The notes: generated by a model not told the origin, from the sequence alone. Counted from the first letter of the stretch, positions 8,818-19,488 are shown. The stretch is 58,843 bases of DNA from Candidatus Aphodocola excrementigallinarum (GCA_018714855.1 DVMT01000017.1:1-58843); one strand, 5' to 3'. Numbers and translations: made by a program.

Positions 8818-10380
8818 TTAAAAATCATCATCTTCATTATCTTCTTCTAATGAAAGCTTACGATACTTAGGTTTTTGTTTATCTAATCTTTTTTTTGCTT
8901 CCCTTAGTTCTTCTTTACGCTCTTTTCTTGATTTTTTTGGTACTTCAAAGTCGTCTTCAACTTTTTTTATAACAGGTCTTTCATCTACACTTTCAATATC
9001 ATATGAATCATTATCATTATTTTCTTCTTTATTTAATTTTTCTTTTAATTTATTTATTTTATTTTGATATTTTTCTATTTTCCGTTCTTTTTTAGTAAAT
9101 ATCTTTTTAAATAAACTTATTAAAATTATTAATAAAACAATTAAAAGTAATCCTGCTGCTATAAAAAATAAATACATAATAATGGTGTTTTTAGAATTAT
9201 CTAGGTTTTCATAATACCTTTGAAAAGATGCATCTTCTTTATCATAGACATAAAAGCCTTTATCACCCGTTTGTAAGTTTTGTGCATAAACTAAGTAATA
9301 GTTTTTATCATCATCTAAAACATATCTATAAGCAGTTACTTTATCATTACCAATTTTAACACTTGATTTTTTAAATCCATATGGAATATCTTCTTCTGCC
9401 TCATCTAAAATTAGCAAATAAAGACCGCTTCCAGCTACTTCATTAAATTTAGAGAATTTTTTTGTTTTAGCATCATAAATGAATAAACTAACTTCGCCTT
9501 CTTCATCTTTTAAAGCAACTAACGTAAGTCCTGCTTCTTTATTTTCATAAGCTGTAACCTCTTGATCTTCTATCGTTATTTTAGTTTCCGTAAAACCAAT
9601 CGGAATATTTTCTACTTGTCCTGATTTTCTAACTATAGTGTAGTTTTTGCCACCAACTTTTACGTTTATCGGATCTAATTCTTCGACCGTTAAGTTTATT
9701 ACGTAAGTCTTTTTTTCTCCGTGTTGTGCAGTGACTACTACTTCAATTTTATTAAGTCCATCAACAACGTCTATTTCACCAGTACCAGAAATAGTTGCAG
9801 TAGAATCCGCTGCTGTTGCATTTATTTTTGCTTTTGTTGTATCAACTGGTAAAGTTGCCGAATATTCTAATGTTGATGCGTTAAAAGAAGGCGATAGTTC
9901 TGCTCCTTCAACCGATAATGATGCTAAGTTATTATTTCTACTATATCCTGCTTCTATTTCAGCCCTTGTTTTCATACTAACGGAAGCAGAACCAGTTGAT
10001 GACAAGCATTCATTTGTTGAAGAATAATCTAAAACTGATGCATTAACTGGCTTAAACGTTGCGGTGCCTGATGTTAATGCCGTAAATGAATATGTATAAC
10101 TTGCGGATGTTTTACTTCCATTACCATAATCAACCACGTGTAATTGTCCACTATTTAATCTTACCTTTGAAGAGTCATAGCTTAAAGTATACTCCCATGA
10201 TCCTATTGACGCTGAACCAGAGACAGTTACGGTAACCTTAAAACTTTGTCCTACAACTGCACTAGATGGTGCAGATACTCCTATTCTACAGCTTGCAGCA
10301 TCAATGCTTGGTAATTTAAATAAAAATACAAAAAGGAGGATGAACGCTCCTGTTAATATTTTCTTATATAACTTTTTCAT
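8818..10380 (-). CDS. Membrane-anchored surface protein with cohesin-like and cadherin-like beta-sandwich domains, a C-terminal TM helix and a charged cytoplasmic tail
   Basis: Signal peptide, then VGQSFKVTVTVSGSASIGSWEYTLSYDSSKVRL (cohesin-like). Next NNLASLSVEGAELSPSFNASTLEYSATL...KTYVINLTV (cadherin-like). Two repeats of about 55 aa follow, then TM IIMYLFFIAAGLLLIVLLIILISLF and a K/E-rich tail. Confidence 0.6.
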   Translation of the reverse strand: MKKLYKKILTGAFILLFVFLFKLPSIDAASCRIGVSAPSSAVVGQSFKVTVTVSGSASIGSWEYTLSYDSSKVRLNSGQLHVVDYGNGSKTSASYTYSFTALTSGTATFKPVNASVLDYSSTNECLSSTGSASVSMKTRAEIEAGYSRNNNLASLSVEGAELSPSFNASTLEYSATLPVDTTKAKINATAADSTATISGTGEIDVVDGLNKIEVVVTAQHGEKKTYVINLTVEELDPINVKVGGKNYTIVRKSGQVENIPIGFTETKITIEDQEVTAYENKEAGLTLVALKDEEGEVSLFIYDAKTKKFSKFNEVAGSGLYLLILDEAEEDIPYGFKKSSVKIGNDKVTAYRYVLDDDKNYYLVYAQNLQTGDKGFYVYDKEDASFQRYYENLDNSKNTIIMYLFFIAAGLLLIVLLIILISLFKKIFTKKERKIEKYQNKINKLKEKLNKEENNDNDSYDIESVDERPVIKKVEDDFEVPKKSRKERKEELREAKKRLDKQKPKYRKLSLEEDNEDDDF

Positions 10381-10390
10381 TTCATACCTC

Positions 10391-12187
10391 CTATTGTGTG
10401 ATACTACCAGTACCTAATAAATATTTTTGTACTAATAATAAATCTTTTATAGTTATTTTTCCATCATGCGATACGTCAGCTGCTTCCTTATTTGACTCAG
10501 TTAAACTTTGTGAACCAAGCAAATACTTTTGAATGTATAATAAGTCTTTAATGTTAACACTACCATCACCTGATGCATCACCGTAAACTGCTATTTCATA
10601 AGTTTTATCATTAATCGTTATTAAGTCTTCAGTAGATACCTTTCCAGTAAACTTAAAGTTCAAGTTTTTATCAGTGATATAAACTTCAGCTCCTAAACCT
10701 TCTAAATAACTTCTAATAGAACTTACATCCTCACCTAAAGTTACTTTGGTAAAGTATCCATTAACAATTTTATATCCAGCGTTATTAATTATTTGTTCTG
10801 CTGTTAAAGATGGGTTTTCATTAGAACCTCCTGAGTTATTACCAGAATCAGATGAAGAGTTTCCGCCTTGGTTTGAATCTGGTGGCGTAGGTGTTGTTGA
10901 ACCTCCTACAGTGTCAGTTCTAGATACCTTAAATGCAGCATCTGGTCTGTTATTATAGACTGGAATTATAAATGTATAATTGTTATTTAACTTACCGCTT
11001 TCCTTATTTGAAGTATATATGTTAGCTGACTCTGATTCAGGAGCCATTATGTTTGTTTGGTATTGGTGTGTATACTCAAGTCTTGTTCTATAACTTGATA
11101 CGTTAAATTTTTGAAAATATATCGTATCTTGTCCAATTGAAATGTAGGATGAACCAATGAACTTAGCCCCACCGGTAATAGCCTTTTGAATTGAGTTCCA
11201 ACCCTGGTTTTTAGCATACTCTAACCCTTTTAAATAATTATCTTCACCCGATGTTGCACCTATGTTATAAAAGTTATAATAGCCCTCATAACCAGATACC
11301 GTGCCAGAAGATGCTGAAGAACCATTGGTTCCCATTTCTTGAATTGCACGTGATGCCAAGTGAACCGCTGATACGTTAGCTTCCTTACCAGCTTCAATAA
11401 AAGCCTGGGCATACGTTTTTTTAACGCCGTTTTCAGTAAATGATCCTTCCATAAAAGTTCCGTTTAATAGTTCTTGAACAGATGAATCTTCACTTGAATT
11501 GTAAGCAAGTGACTGAAACATGAATATTCCTTTTTCTGTTAAAAAGTTTCTTGGATCCATGTAGTATTTTACCGCGTCTTTAGCAGGTGCGTACCAGCTG
11601 GTCCCATCAACTATTATTCCGTTTGGATTCATACTATCTTTAAATATTAAAGATGGATATAAATAACTAATCGCACTAGTTCCTTTTTGACTTTCTGCTT
11701 CTGCGGAAGCCTCCCAGTCTAAACCAGTATAGTCAGCTTTAAAAGTCCAGTTAGAATGCATTGCGTGTAATTTTCTTAAATATGGTTTATAGCTATCTGG
11801 AAATGAGCTTATGCTTTGTTCAAACGATGTATCATCACTATATGAATAAGTCTTAACATCATACATACAAGCTTTAGCAACATAACCAGTATATTCTCTT
11901 GCAGCATAATCAAACTTTACCGCGTACCAAGTAGCATTATTATTACCCTCATTAGGACCAGTTGCGCTTTTTATGTACTCAAGTTGTTGGTTAGGATATA
12001 CATAAACAGTATCATTACCATTTTTAATTGAAGATGACTTATCAGATGCCTCAGTTCTAACCGGACATTTATATCTTACTTGATATAAATCATAAGATCC
12101 CGCATTTACCTTACCTATAAATAAGGAAAAGGTAACCATAACAGTAAATAACGTTAATAAGTAAAATGACTTTTTACATATCTTCAT
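10391..12187 (-). CDS. Secreted GH73 N-acetylglucosaminidase (peptidoglycan hydrolase) with a C-terminal dockerin
   Basis: Signal peptide. YMDPRNFL...VHLASRAIQEMG...GYYNFYNIGA marks the glucosaminidase domain. The C-terminus carries a duplicated Ca-binding dockerin repeat, GDASGDGSVNIKDLLYIQKYLLG and ADVSHDGKITIKDLLLVQKYLLG. Confidence 0.8.
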   Translation of the reverse strand: MKICKKSFYLLTLFTVMVTFSLFIGKVNAGSYDLYQVRYKCPVRTEASDKSSSIKNGNDTVYVYPNQQLEYIKSATGPNEGNNNATWYAVKFDYAAREYTGYVAKACMYDVKTYSYSDDTSFEQSISSFPDSYKPYLRKLHAMHSNWTFKADYTGLDWEASAEAESQKGTSAISYLYPSLIFKDSMNPNGIIVDGTSWYAPAKDAVKYYMDPRNFLTEKGIFMFQSLAYNSSEDSSVQELLNGTFMEGSFTENGVKKTYAQAFIEAGKEANVSAVHLASRAIQEMGTNGSSASSGTVSGYEGYYNFYNIGATSGEDNYLKGLEYAKNQGWNSIQKAITGGAKFIGSSYISIGQDTIYFQKFNVSSYRTRLEYTHQYQTNIMAPESESANIYTSNKESGKLNNNYTFIIPVYNNRPDAAFKVSRTDTVGGSTTPTPPDSNQGGNSSSDSGNNSGGSNENPSLTAEQIINNAGYKIVNGYFTKVTLGEDVSSIRSYLEGLGAEVYITDKNLNFKFTGKVSTEDLITINDKTYEIAVYGDASGDGSVNIKDLLYIQKYLLGSQSLTESNKEAADVSHDGKITIKDLLLVQKYLLGTGSITQ

Positions 12188-12407
12188 GTAACCAACTCCT
12201 ATTCATATTAATTATAACATAGAAGTTTGTCGTAATATATTTTAATTTATCTAAAAAACATTTAATTTGTAAAGTATTGTAAATGAACACAAGAATATTC
12301 TTTTATTTTAAAAGCATTATAATAATATAATATATTTTTATAATTTGCATATAATTGTTTTTTGTATAATTTTGTTGTATAATTACTTGGTAACATGAGG
12401 TGATATT

Positions 12408-14039
12408 TTGGAAAAGAAAAAAAAGAAATTAAAAAAAGCCGTACTTTTACTTTTTCCACTCTTGATTATTTATTATATATCAAGTGCATATTTCGTTGAT
12501 GCGGTATTTTATTACAATTCATCAAAAAGTTTCATGACGTACATTGTTTATGGAATAATTATTTTAACAGCATTATTTATCGTTATATTTACGGTGCGAG
12601 GATTTAAATGCATAAAGAAAAACAAAACTAAAAGTTACGTTTGGTACTTCTTATTTTTAATATTATTTATTGCAGTGGAAATATTTATTACGGTTAACAT
12701 AAACAAAATCTCATCATCACTATCTAAAATAACAAGTAACGAAGCGGGTTACTCATCTAGTATTATCGTTCTTAGTGATTCTAGTTATGAATCAATTAAT
12801 GATGTTAAAGATGATGATGCTAAAATAGGTATTATAAGTGATGAAGATAACCAAGAAGGATACATCCTTCCTATGCAAATCGTCGAAGATGAAAATATAG
12901 ATGAAGATAACTTAGTTAGTTATAATGAATATGTAGATATGCTTAATGATTTATATGATGGTGAAATTGATGCTATGTTCGTAAGTTCTTCTTACGTATC
13001 ATTATTTGCAAGTTACGAAGGATACGAAAACATTGCTGATGAAACAAAAGTTATATATGAAAAAACACAAGAAGCTAAAAAAACAACCAGTACGACTGGA
13101 AAAACTTTAGACGAGCCATTTACTATACTTCTTATGGGTGTTGATAGTAATACTAATTCACTTGCTAAAAGTAACTCATTTAATGGTGACACGCTAATGC
13201 TTATAACGTTTAATCCACATACAATGAACGCAACGGTTCTTAGTATTCCAAGAGATACAAGAGTCCCTATCGTATGCACAAGATCAAAAGCTAAAAACAA
13301 AATTAATTCAGCTGCTTTATATGGTGCTGATTGTGTTATGGATACAATAACAAACTTTACTGGTATCGAAATAGATTACTGGGTAAAAGTAAACTTCCAA
13401 GGTGTTATCTCACTTGTTGATGCATTAGGAGGAATAGACGTTGACATACCTTACGCTTTTTGTGAAAGTGATTCAAAAAGAAGATTTGGTAAAAACACCA
13501 TTTATTTAGAAAAAGGATATCAAACACTAAATGGTGAGCAAACCCTTGCCTTTGCAAGAAATCGTCATACTTGGCCACAATACTGTGGAAGAAAATATTC
13601 AAATTATAATAGTAATGATTTTGTAAGAGGACAAAACCAACAACAAATAGTAAAAGCAATCGTAAATAAATTAAAAGGAATAGATAGTTTATCAGAAATA
13701 TATGATATTTTAGATATATTAGGTGACAACGTTGATACTAACATTGATAAAGAAACAATGATAACTGGTTTTGACACTTTTAAAAACATAATCTTTAATT
13801 CAAGAAACATAACAAGTGATGATTTTATTGGTACTCAAAGATTATATTTATCAGGTTATGATCATACGATTAGCGGAATATACTACTTTGAATATTATAA
13901 ACAAAGCCTAAATGAAATAGTTGATGCCATGGAAATAAACCTAGAATTAAAAGAGCCAGAAATGGATAAAGAATTCTCATTTTCTATTAATAATCCATAT
14001 GAAGATACCCAAATAGGAAAAGGAACTTACAGCTACTAA
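12408..14039 (+). CDS. LytR-CpsA-Psr (LCP) family glycopolymer-peptidoglycan ligase
   Basis: TTG start after GAGGTGA, followed by N-terminal TM helices. Motifs LLMGVDS...GDTLMLITFNP...SIPRDT...LNGEQTLAFARNRH. Confidence 0.85.
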   Translation: MEKKKKKLKKAVLLLFPLLIIYYISSAYFVDAVFYYNSSKSFMTYIVYGIIILTALFIVIFTVRGFKCIKKNKTKSYVWYFLFLILFIAVEIFITVNINKISSSLSKITSNEAGYSSSIIVLSDSSYESINDVKDDDAKIGIISDEDNQEGYILPMQIVEDENIDEDNLVSYNEYVDMLNDLYDGEIDAMFVSSSYVSLFASYEGYENIADETKVIYEKTQEAKKTTSTTGKTLDEPFTILLMGVDSNTNSLAKSNSFNGDTLMLITFNPHTMNATVLSIPRDTRVPIVCTRSKAKNKINSAALYGADCVMDTITNFTGIEIDYWVKVNFQGVISLVDALGGIDVDIPYAFCESDSKRRFGKNTIYLEKGYQTLNGEQTLAFARNRHTWPQYCGRKYSNYNSNDFVRGQNQQQIVKAIVNKLKGIDSLSEIYDILDILGDNVDTNIDKETMITGFDTFKNIIFNSRNITSDDFIGTQRLYLSGYDHTISGIYYFEYYKQSLNEIVDAMEINLELKEPEMDKEFSFSINNPYEDTQIGKGTYSY

Positions 14040-14047
14040 GTTCCTTT

Positions 14048-14359
14048 TTATTTATCTATTTTTTTAACCGCACTTTCTATTATTATTTCTAATTGTGTAT
14101 CACTTACTTTTAATCCTTCACTATCAAGCCACTCTTGTGCCTTTTCTTTTGCTTCATCAAATTTCTCACTACTTGATGTTTCTTTATTTTTATTTATCTG
14201 TTCAACATACAAAACGGTTGCCTCTACTATTTCGTTTATCGTTTTTGTATTAGCATACTTAGTGTATGCCTTTTTTAATTGCACTCCAACATAACTTATA
14301 ACACCAGTTATTACGGTTGCTAAAAAAGGAAGTAAATAAGTACTAATAAACTCCTTCAT
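14048..14359 (-). CDS. Holin, LL-H family-like (single N-terminal TM, charged C-terminus)
   Basis: MKEFISTYLLPFLATVITGVISYVGVQL...VLYVEQ...LEIIIESAVKKI matches my recollection of the Holin_LLH pattern. Confidence 0.6.
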   Translation of the reverse strand: MKEFISTYLLPFLATVITGVISYVGVQLKKAYTKYANTKTINEIVEATVLYVEQINKNKETSSSEKFDEAKEKAQEWLDSEGLKVSDTQLEIIIESAVKKIDK

Positions 14360-14467
14360 TTAATATCACCCATAAGTATTATATTAAACATTAAAAATTA
14401 ATGTTATAACACATATCTTTTATTTTTATCCAAACAATATGTTATAATATTATTATTGGAGGCTAAC

Positions 14468-15001
14468 ATGAAATATTTAACTAAATTAAAAATGTATTTA
14501 ATAAGCGATGCAAACAAAAGAACCAATTTATTAATTAAGAAAAACTTTTTTAGAAGCGTTGGTAAAAATTTCTTTTTTCAACCAAGAATAATTCCTGATG
14601 AACCAAAGTTAATTAGTTTTGGAAATAACGTATCAGTTGCATCCGGTGTTACTTTTGTTACTCATGACGTAATAGATAAAGTATTAAATAACATGAATTA
14701 TAATTATAAATTTTATTATAATTGTGCTCCAATAAAAGTAGGAAACAACGTCTTTATAGGATGCAACGTAACCATATTACCAGGTGTTGAAATAAAAGAT
14801 AACGTAATTATTGCAGCAGGTTCTGTTGTGACAAAAGACGTTAAAGAAAACACCGTTGTCGCAGGCAATCCCGCTAAAGAAATAAGTACTTTTGATAAAT
14901 ACGTAAAAAATAGAAAAAAAATTAATAAAGATGGTTTATATCCTAATTGTGATGCAGTAATAAATCAAGTATGGGAAAGTTTTGAAAATGAAAAGGGCTA
15001 A
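14468..15001 (+). CDS. Hexapeptide-repeat (LbH) O-acetyltransferase
   Basis: Start moved to the ATG after GGAGG. Repeat region VGNNVFIGCNVTILPGVEIKDNVIIAAGSVVTKDV. Confidence 0.8.
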   Translation: MKYLTKLKMYLISDANKRTNLLIKKNFFRSVGKNFFFQPRIIPDEPKLISFGNNVSVASGVTFVTHDVIDKVLNNMNYNYKFYYNCAPIKVGNNVFIGCNVTILPGVEIKDNVIIAAGSVVTKDVKENTVVAGNPAKEISTFDKYVKNRKKINKDGLYPNCDAVINQVWESFENEKG

Positions 15002-15007
15002 TTAACA

Positions 15008-15970
15008 TTAACCCTTTTTTAATTCTTCCAAGTTTTCAGAAATTATGTATCTTGGTCTTCTTTTTGTTTCGCTATAAATTTTACCAATATACTCACCTAT
15101 TATCCCTATGGATAACATTTGTATTCCTGCTACTAACCATATTGATCCTACTATAAATGTCCATCCTGTAACTGTTTTCCCTAATAATTTAACAATTAAA
15201 CAATATAATAAGATAATAATACTAACTAAGAATATTATTATTCCTAAATTAAGCACTAATCTTATAGGCCTTACACTAAATGATGTTATTCCATCCCATG
15301 CAAAATTAAGCATTTTCTTTAAAGGATATTTAGATTCTCCTGCAAACCTTTCATGTCTTTCATAATACACAACATCCCATTTAAATCCTACTAACGGAAA
15401 CATACCTCTTAAAAATAAATTTACTTCTTTATAGTTTTCAAACTCATCTAAAACTCTTTTACTTGTTAATCTATAATCTGCATGATTATAAACTACATCT
15501 ACTCCCATAAATTTCATAAACTTATAAAAAACTTGTGCTGTAGTTCTTTTAAACCATGTATCTTTTTTTCTTGATGATCTAACTCCATAAACTATTTCAC
15601 ATCCAGAATGATATTTATCTATCATTTCATCTATTGCGTTAATATCGTCTTGCAAGTCGGCATCCATACTAATTACAACATCTGCATAATTTTTAGCTGT
15701 CATTAACCCTGCAAGTAACGCATTTTGATGTCCTCTATTTCTAGATAATGATATTCCTGTAAATAACTTCTCTTTCTTATTTATTTTCTTTATCAATTCC
15801 CAAGTATTATCCTTTGAACCGTCATTAACATACATAGCCTTACTTTTATTTGAAATTTTCTTACTTTTAATTAACGTATTTAATTTTTCTTTTAATCTTT
15901 TAGTAGTTTCTTCTAATACCTCTTCCTCGTTATAACAAGGAACTACCACATATAACACTTTATTTTTCAT
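15008..15970 (-). CDS. GT2 polyprenyl-phosphate glycosyltransferase (GtrB/CsbB-like)
   Basis: VVVPCYNEEEVL, NDGSKDNT, MDADLQDD, two C-terminal TM helices. Overlaps the upstream YfhO gene by 11 nt. Confidence 0.85.
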   Translation of the reverse strand: MKNKVLYVVVPCYNEEEVLEETTKRLKEKLNTLIKSKKISNKSKAMYVNDGSKDNTWELIKKINKKEKLFTGISLSRNRGHQNALLAGLMTAKNYADVVISMDADLQDDINAIDEMIDKYHSGCEIVYGVRSSRKKDTWFKRTTAQVFYKFMKFMGVDVVYNHADYRLTSKRVLDEFENYKEVNLFLRGMFPLVGFKWDVVYYERHERFAGESKYPLKKMLNFAWDGITSFSVRPIRLVLNLGIIIFLVSIIILLYCLIVKLLGKTVTGWTFIVGSIWLVAGIQMLSIGIIGEYIGKIYSETKRRPRYIISENLEELKKG

Positions 15971-18185
15971 TTTTAACCTCTATACCTCTCTTGTTAATAA
16001 TAACATATATAATAAAAGTTATCAATGATATACTAGACATTATAATTCCAAGCTTTAAACCTACAGGAAAATATTTGAATTCTATGTTATTTTTTCCCTT
16101 ATCTATTTTTATTGCCATAAATCCATTATCTACTTCTTCTATTTTAGTATTTTTACCATTAACTGTCGCTTTCCATCCTTTATCATAAGGAACTGTATAT
16201 ATTGCTAAAGTACTTTTATTGGATAATATATTAGATTTTATACCATTTTTTATATATTTAGATTCATGTTTTTTATAAATTGCATTTTCGTTAAATAAAT
16301 TTTGATATTCATTTATCTGTTTTTTCGATAAAACAATAGTATCATTTAAGGTAATTATTCTATCTTCATAACCAAGTTTATTAAAATCCTCATAAGAAAT
16401 GAATTTATCAACACTAAATCCCTGTTTTTTATAATTCTTATTATAATATAATTTAAAGGTACCAGAGTCCTTTATTAAATTATAATTCAAATAACTTATA
16501 TCATCATTACCACAACTTATTATATACTCGGCACCTAAAAAATTACTTAAATCTTTATTTTCTACACCTAAATCCGTTGATACATTTCTTTCATATCCAA
16601 TACTTTTATAAAACTTAAATAAGGAACCGTTTATATTAGAATTAAATGACTTCATATCTCCATTTTTTGTTAACAATCCTAAATTATAATTACAACTTGA
16701 TGAACTATTAATTCTAGCTGTTTTGCCTAAATTAATTTCTTGGCTAACATTTAGATATTCTTTATAATCAGAATCACTTACTCCAGAATCTAATTTATAT
16801 TTATAAGTTACAAAGTTTCCCCAAAAACATATAAAAATAATTACCATTATATAAATCATTTTTAATTTTAAATCTTGTTTCTTAATACTATCTATTATTA
16901 TTAAAGCGAAAATACTTATCAAATATGATACAATCATTACTATTAAATAATTTTTATCATAAATAAACTTACCATTTGGAAATAATCTAGTATAGATAAA
17001 ACAGCCGAGTACAAAAGCAATAACAAGTATAACGTTAATTATTATTCCTTTTTTAAAACTAATATTTTCATCCAAACATTTTATGGATGTGAGAGAAAAT
17101 ATTAATATAGCCATGTAAAACCACCTAGCATAATATGTTACCGTAAATGCAAAAAACATACTATTTAAAATTGGAATAAACATTATTATAACAAGAATAA
17201 CCATAAAGATGCTATCCCAATTTTTTGGTTTTTTAAAAAAATAGGAGATAGACAATATTACACCTACAAATGGTAAGTACATTTCTATGCTTTGATAATT
17301 ACTTTCTGTAACAATGGCACGATGGCTCATTATCTCTGGTGGAAATAATACACCTCTCAATATTTCTAAATAATTATTTGTAGCATGCCTTAAGCTAGTA
17401 ATCAAAGTCCAATCAGTATTAATCCTTGCATTAGACATAGTAGATAATATTGATGGAATAAATGCAATAGAGGCAATGCATAATCCTAATAAAGACTCAA
17501 ATACAATATTTAAAAAAGTTTTTAATTTAAATTTATAACTTTTTGTAGCTATTTTTATTACATAATAAATAACTACAAAAACCACTTCACCTATAAAAAA
17601 GAACCAATTAGTAAATGCTAATAGTGTAACAGATAAACCAAAAATAAATTTCTTATTATCATAAACTAATTTATCAAGAGCATATAAAAGAAGAGGAAAT
17701 AATGCTACAACATCATGAAAATGATAATACATCATATTTGTTAATTGAAAACCAGAAAAAGAGTATAAAATTGAGCCCAATATAGCATAGTTTTTATTTT
17801 TAACATATCTTTTCAAAAACAAATAAGATGTTAATCCAGCAACAGCATACTTTAAAATAAATATAGGACCCACTAAATATTCAAACCAAGAAGCTGGAAA
17901 TATAAAACCAATTATATTAAATGGGCTAAATAAATTATAAAAACTAAAAGAACCTATAAAACTATTACCAAGCTCATTATACCATGTCCATAAAACAGAA
18001 CCTTCTTTTATTGATTCATTCATTATCTTATTAAAAGGAATTTGTTGAACATTAAAATCCGCTATTAAACTATATACTCCATGACCTTCAATTATATTTG
18101 GTAATATGATTATAGTACCTAATAAAAATGATGATAAAAACGCTAATAACGTCTTATTTTTTAATAACTTTTTTAATTTTATCAT
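15960..18185 (-). CDS. YfhO family GT-C membrane glycosyltransferase
   Basis: 741 aa and polytopic. N-terminal ADFNVQQIPF motif and a large C-terminal extracytoplasmic domain. Confidence 0.75.
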   Translation of the reverse strand: MIKLKKLLKNKTLLAFLSSFLLGTIIILPNIIEGHGVYSLIADFNVQQIPFNKIMNESIKEGSVLWTWYNELGNSFIGSFSFYNLFSPFNIIGFIFPASWFEYLVGPIFILKYAVAGLTSYLFLKRYVKNKNYAILGSILYSFSGFQLTNMMYYHFHDVVALFPLLLYALDKLVYDNKKFIFGLSVTLLAFTNWFFFIGEVVFVVIYYVIKIATKSYKFKLKTFLNIVFESLLGLCIASIAFIPSILSTMSNARINTDWTLITSLRHATNNYLEILRGVLFPPEIMSHRAIVTESNYQSIEMYLPFVGVILSISYFFKKPKNWDSIFMVILVIIMFIPILNSMFFAFTVTYYARWFYMAILIFSLTSIKCLDENISFKKGIIINVILVIAFVLGCFIYTRLFPNGKFIYDKNYLIVMIVSYLISIFALIIIDSIKKQDLKLKMIYIMVIIFICFWGNFVTYKYKLDSGVSDSDYKEYLNVSQEINLGKTARINSSSSCNYNLGLLTKNGDMKSFNSNINGSLFKFYKSIGYERNVSTDLGVENKDLSNFLGAEYIISCGNDDISYLNYNLIKDSGTFKLYYNKNYKKQGFSVDKFISYEDFNKLGYEDRIITLNDTIVLSKKQINEYQNLFNENAIYKKHESKYIKNGIKSNILSNKSTLAIYTVPYDKGWKATVNGKNTKIEEVDNGFMAIKIDKGKNNIEFKYFPVGLKLGIIMSSISLITFIIYVIINKRGIEVKNEK

Positions 18186-18215
18186 ACACTCTAATACTCC
18201 TTATAAACACATATC

Positions 18216-19484
18216 TTAATTTTTAACATTTAATTTTTTGCATGAAATACCAATGATTGTTGCTATAAAAATAGAAACAGAAGGAACATCAAGACAATGA
18301 CCAGCTAACATAGCATTTAAAATAGACGTAATAATAGCAATTATAAGTGAACTCACCTCATATTTAGTAAAGTTATTTTTAAACGTTTTAAAGTATTTTT
18401 TAAACAATAAGAAAAGTATTTTAAAATACTTATAATATAATATAATAAATCCTACTATACCATGGTGTATTAAAACAACAAAATAATCCATTTCTGAGGT
18501 TTTTAACAACTCACCATCCATCACATAACCAATTCCAAATAACTTTTGTAAAACAGATGAATCATTATATACTTTCATAGAGTTACTTAAAAATGATAAT
18601 CTACCACTAAATATATAGTCATCAAACTTTTTAAATGATAATAAATCTTTTATACTATTAACTTCCATGTTATTTGCATGAATAATCATATTTTTATAAA
18701 ATGGTGTTAGTGGTAAAACCTTAATTGATAAAATAATAACTAAAATTATTAATAAAAGCAACCCAGCAAAATAAATATACTTTTTATTTTTAATTAAATT
18801 TATAATTAACAAAATAAAATAATACAACACTATTATAATAGCAGTTAATAATGGAGCTTTAGTTCCTATCATTAATAAAGCATAAAAGTAAATAACTAAA
18901 AATATTACTAGATATATTATTTTTTTATTTTTAAGCAAATATAAAACTACTATTGGCATTAATATACTTATTATATTACCAACAGCATTAGCAGAATAAA
19001 ACAATCCTATAATTCCTTCTTTATCATATAAATAACTATCAAAACCAATGTTTAATATATCTGGAATTATAATTAAAGCTAAATATAAACATATTGTGAT
19101 GATTAAATTTTTAATACTTATTTTTTTATCTTTTATAATATCTAAAACAAACAAAAGAATAATGGGAAAATAAATTACTTTGGTTAGTGTTTCTATCTCA
19201 AAAAAGATATTACCATTATCTTTAGATAAATAATTTACTAATATAAATATAATTGAGTATAAAAATATTAATACTAAATATTTTATATTTTGTTTCTTTA
19301 TAAAAACTAAATAATATATAGCGTAAATTAAAAATAAAACTTTTACCATAAACAGTAATTCCGATGAGATATTATAATGATTAAATAGTGATGTAAAAAC
19401 ATCAAGTATTGGTTGTATAAGTAAAAATATACTAAATATAATAATACTATTCTTTTCTAAAAAATTATTAATTTTATTTATCAA
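18216..19484 (-). CDS. O-antigen ligase/polymerase-like (Wzy_C) membrane protein
   Basis: About 10-12 TM helices with a central MIGTKAPLLTAIIIV loop region. Confidence 0.55.
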   Translation of the reverse strand: MINKINNFLEKNSIIIFSIFLLIQPILDVFTSLFNHYNISSELLFMVKVLFLIYAIYYLVFIKKQNIKYLVLIFLYSIIFILVNYLSKDNGNIFFEIETLTKVIYFPIILLFVLDIIKDKKISIKNLIITICLYLALIIIPDILNIGFDSYLYDKEGIIGLFYSANAVGNIISILMPIVVLYLLKNKKIIYLVIFLVIYFYALLMIGTKAPLLTAIIIVLYYFILLIINLIKNKKYIYFAGLLLLIILVIILSIKVLPLTPFYKNMIIHANNMEVNSIKDLLSFKKFDDYIFSGRLSFLSNSMKVYNDSSVLQKLFGIGYVMDGELLKTSEMDYFVVLIHHGIVGFIILYYKYFKILFLLFKKYFKTFKNNFTKYEVSSLIIAIITSILNAMLAGHCLDVPSVSIFIATIIGISCKKLNVKN

Positions 19485-19488
19485 TATA

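Noticed and set aside
12262-12459. 65-aa minus-strand ORF in the divergent promoter region between the GH73 and LCP genes
   Set aside because: It has no RBS and a low-complexity AT-driven sequence. It also overlaps the TTG start and RBS of the LCP gene.
10391-14359. GH73 hydrolase plus holin as a prophage lysis cassette
   Set aside because: The two genes are separated by a housekeeping LCP gene on the opposite strand. The hydrolase has its own Sec signal peptide and dockerin. No phage structural, replication or integration genes are present.
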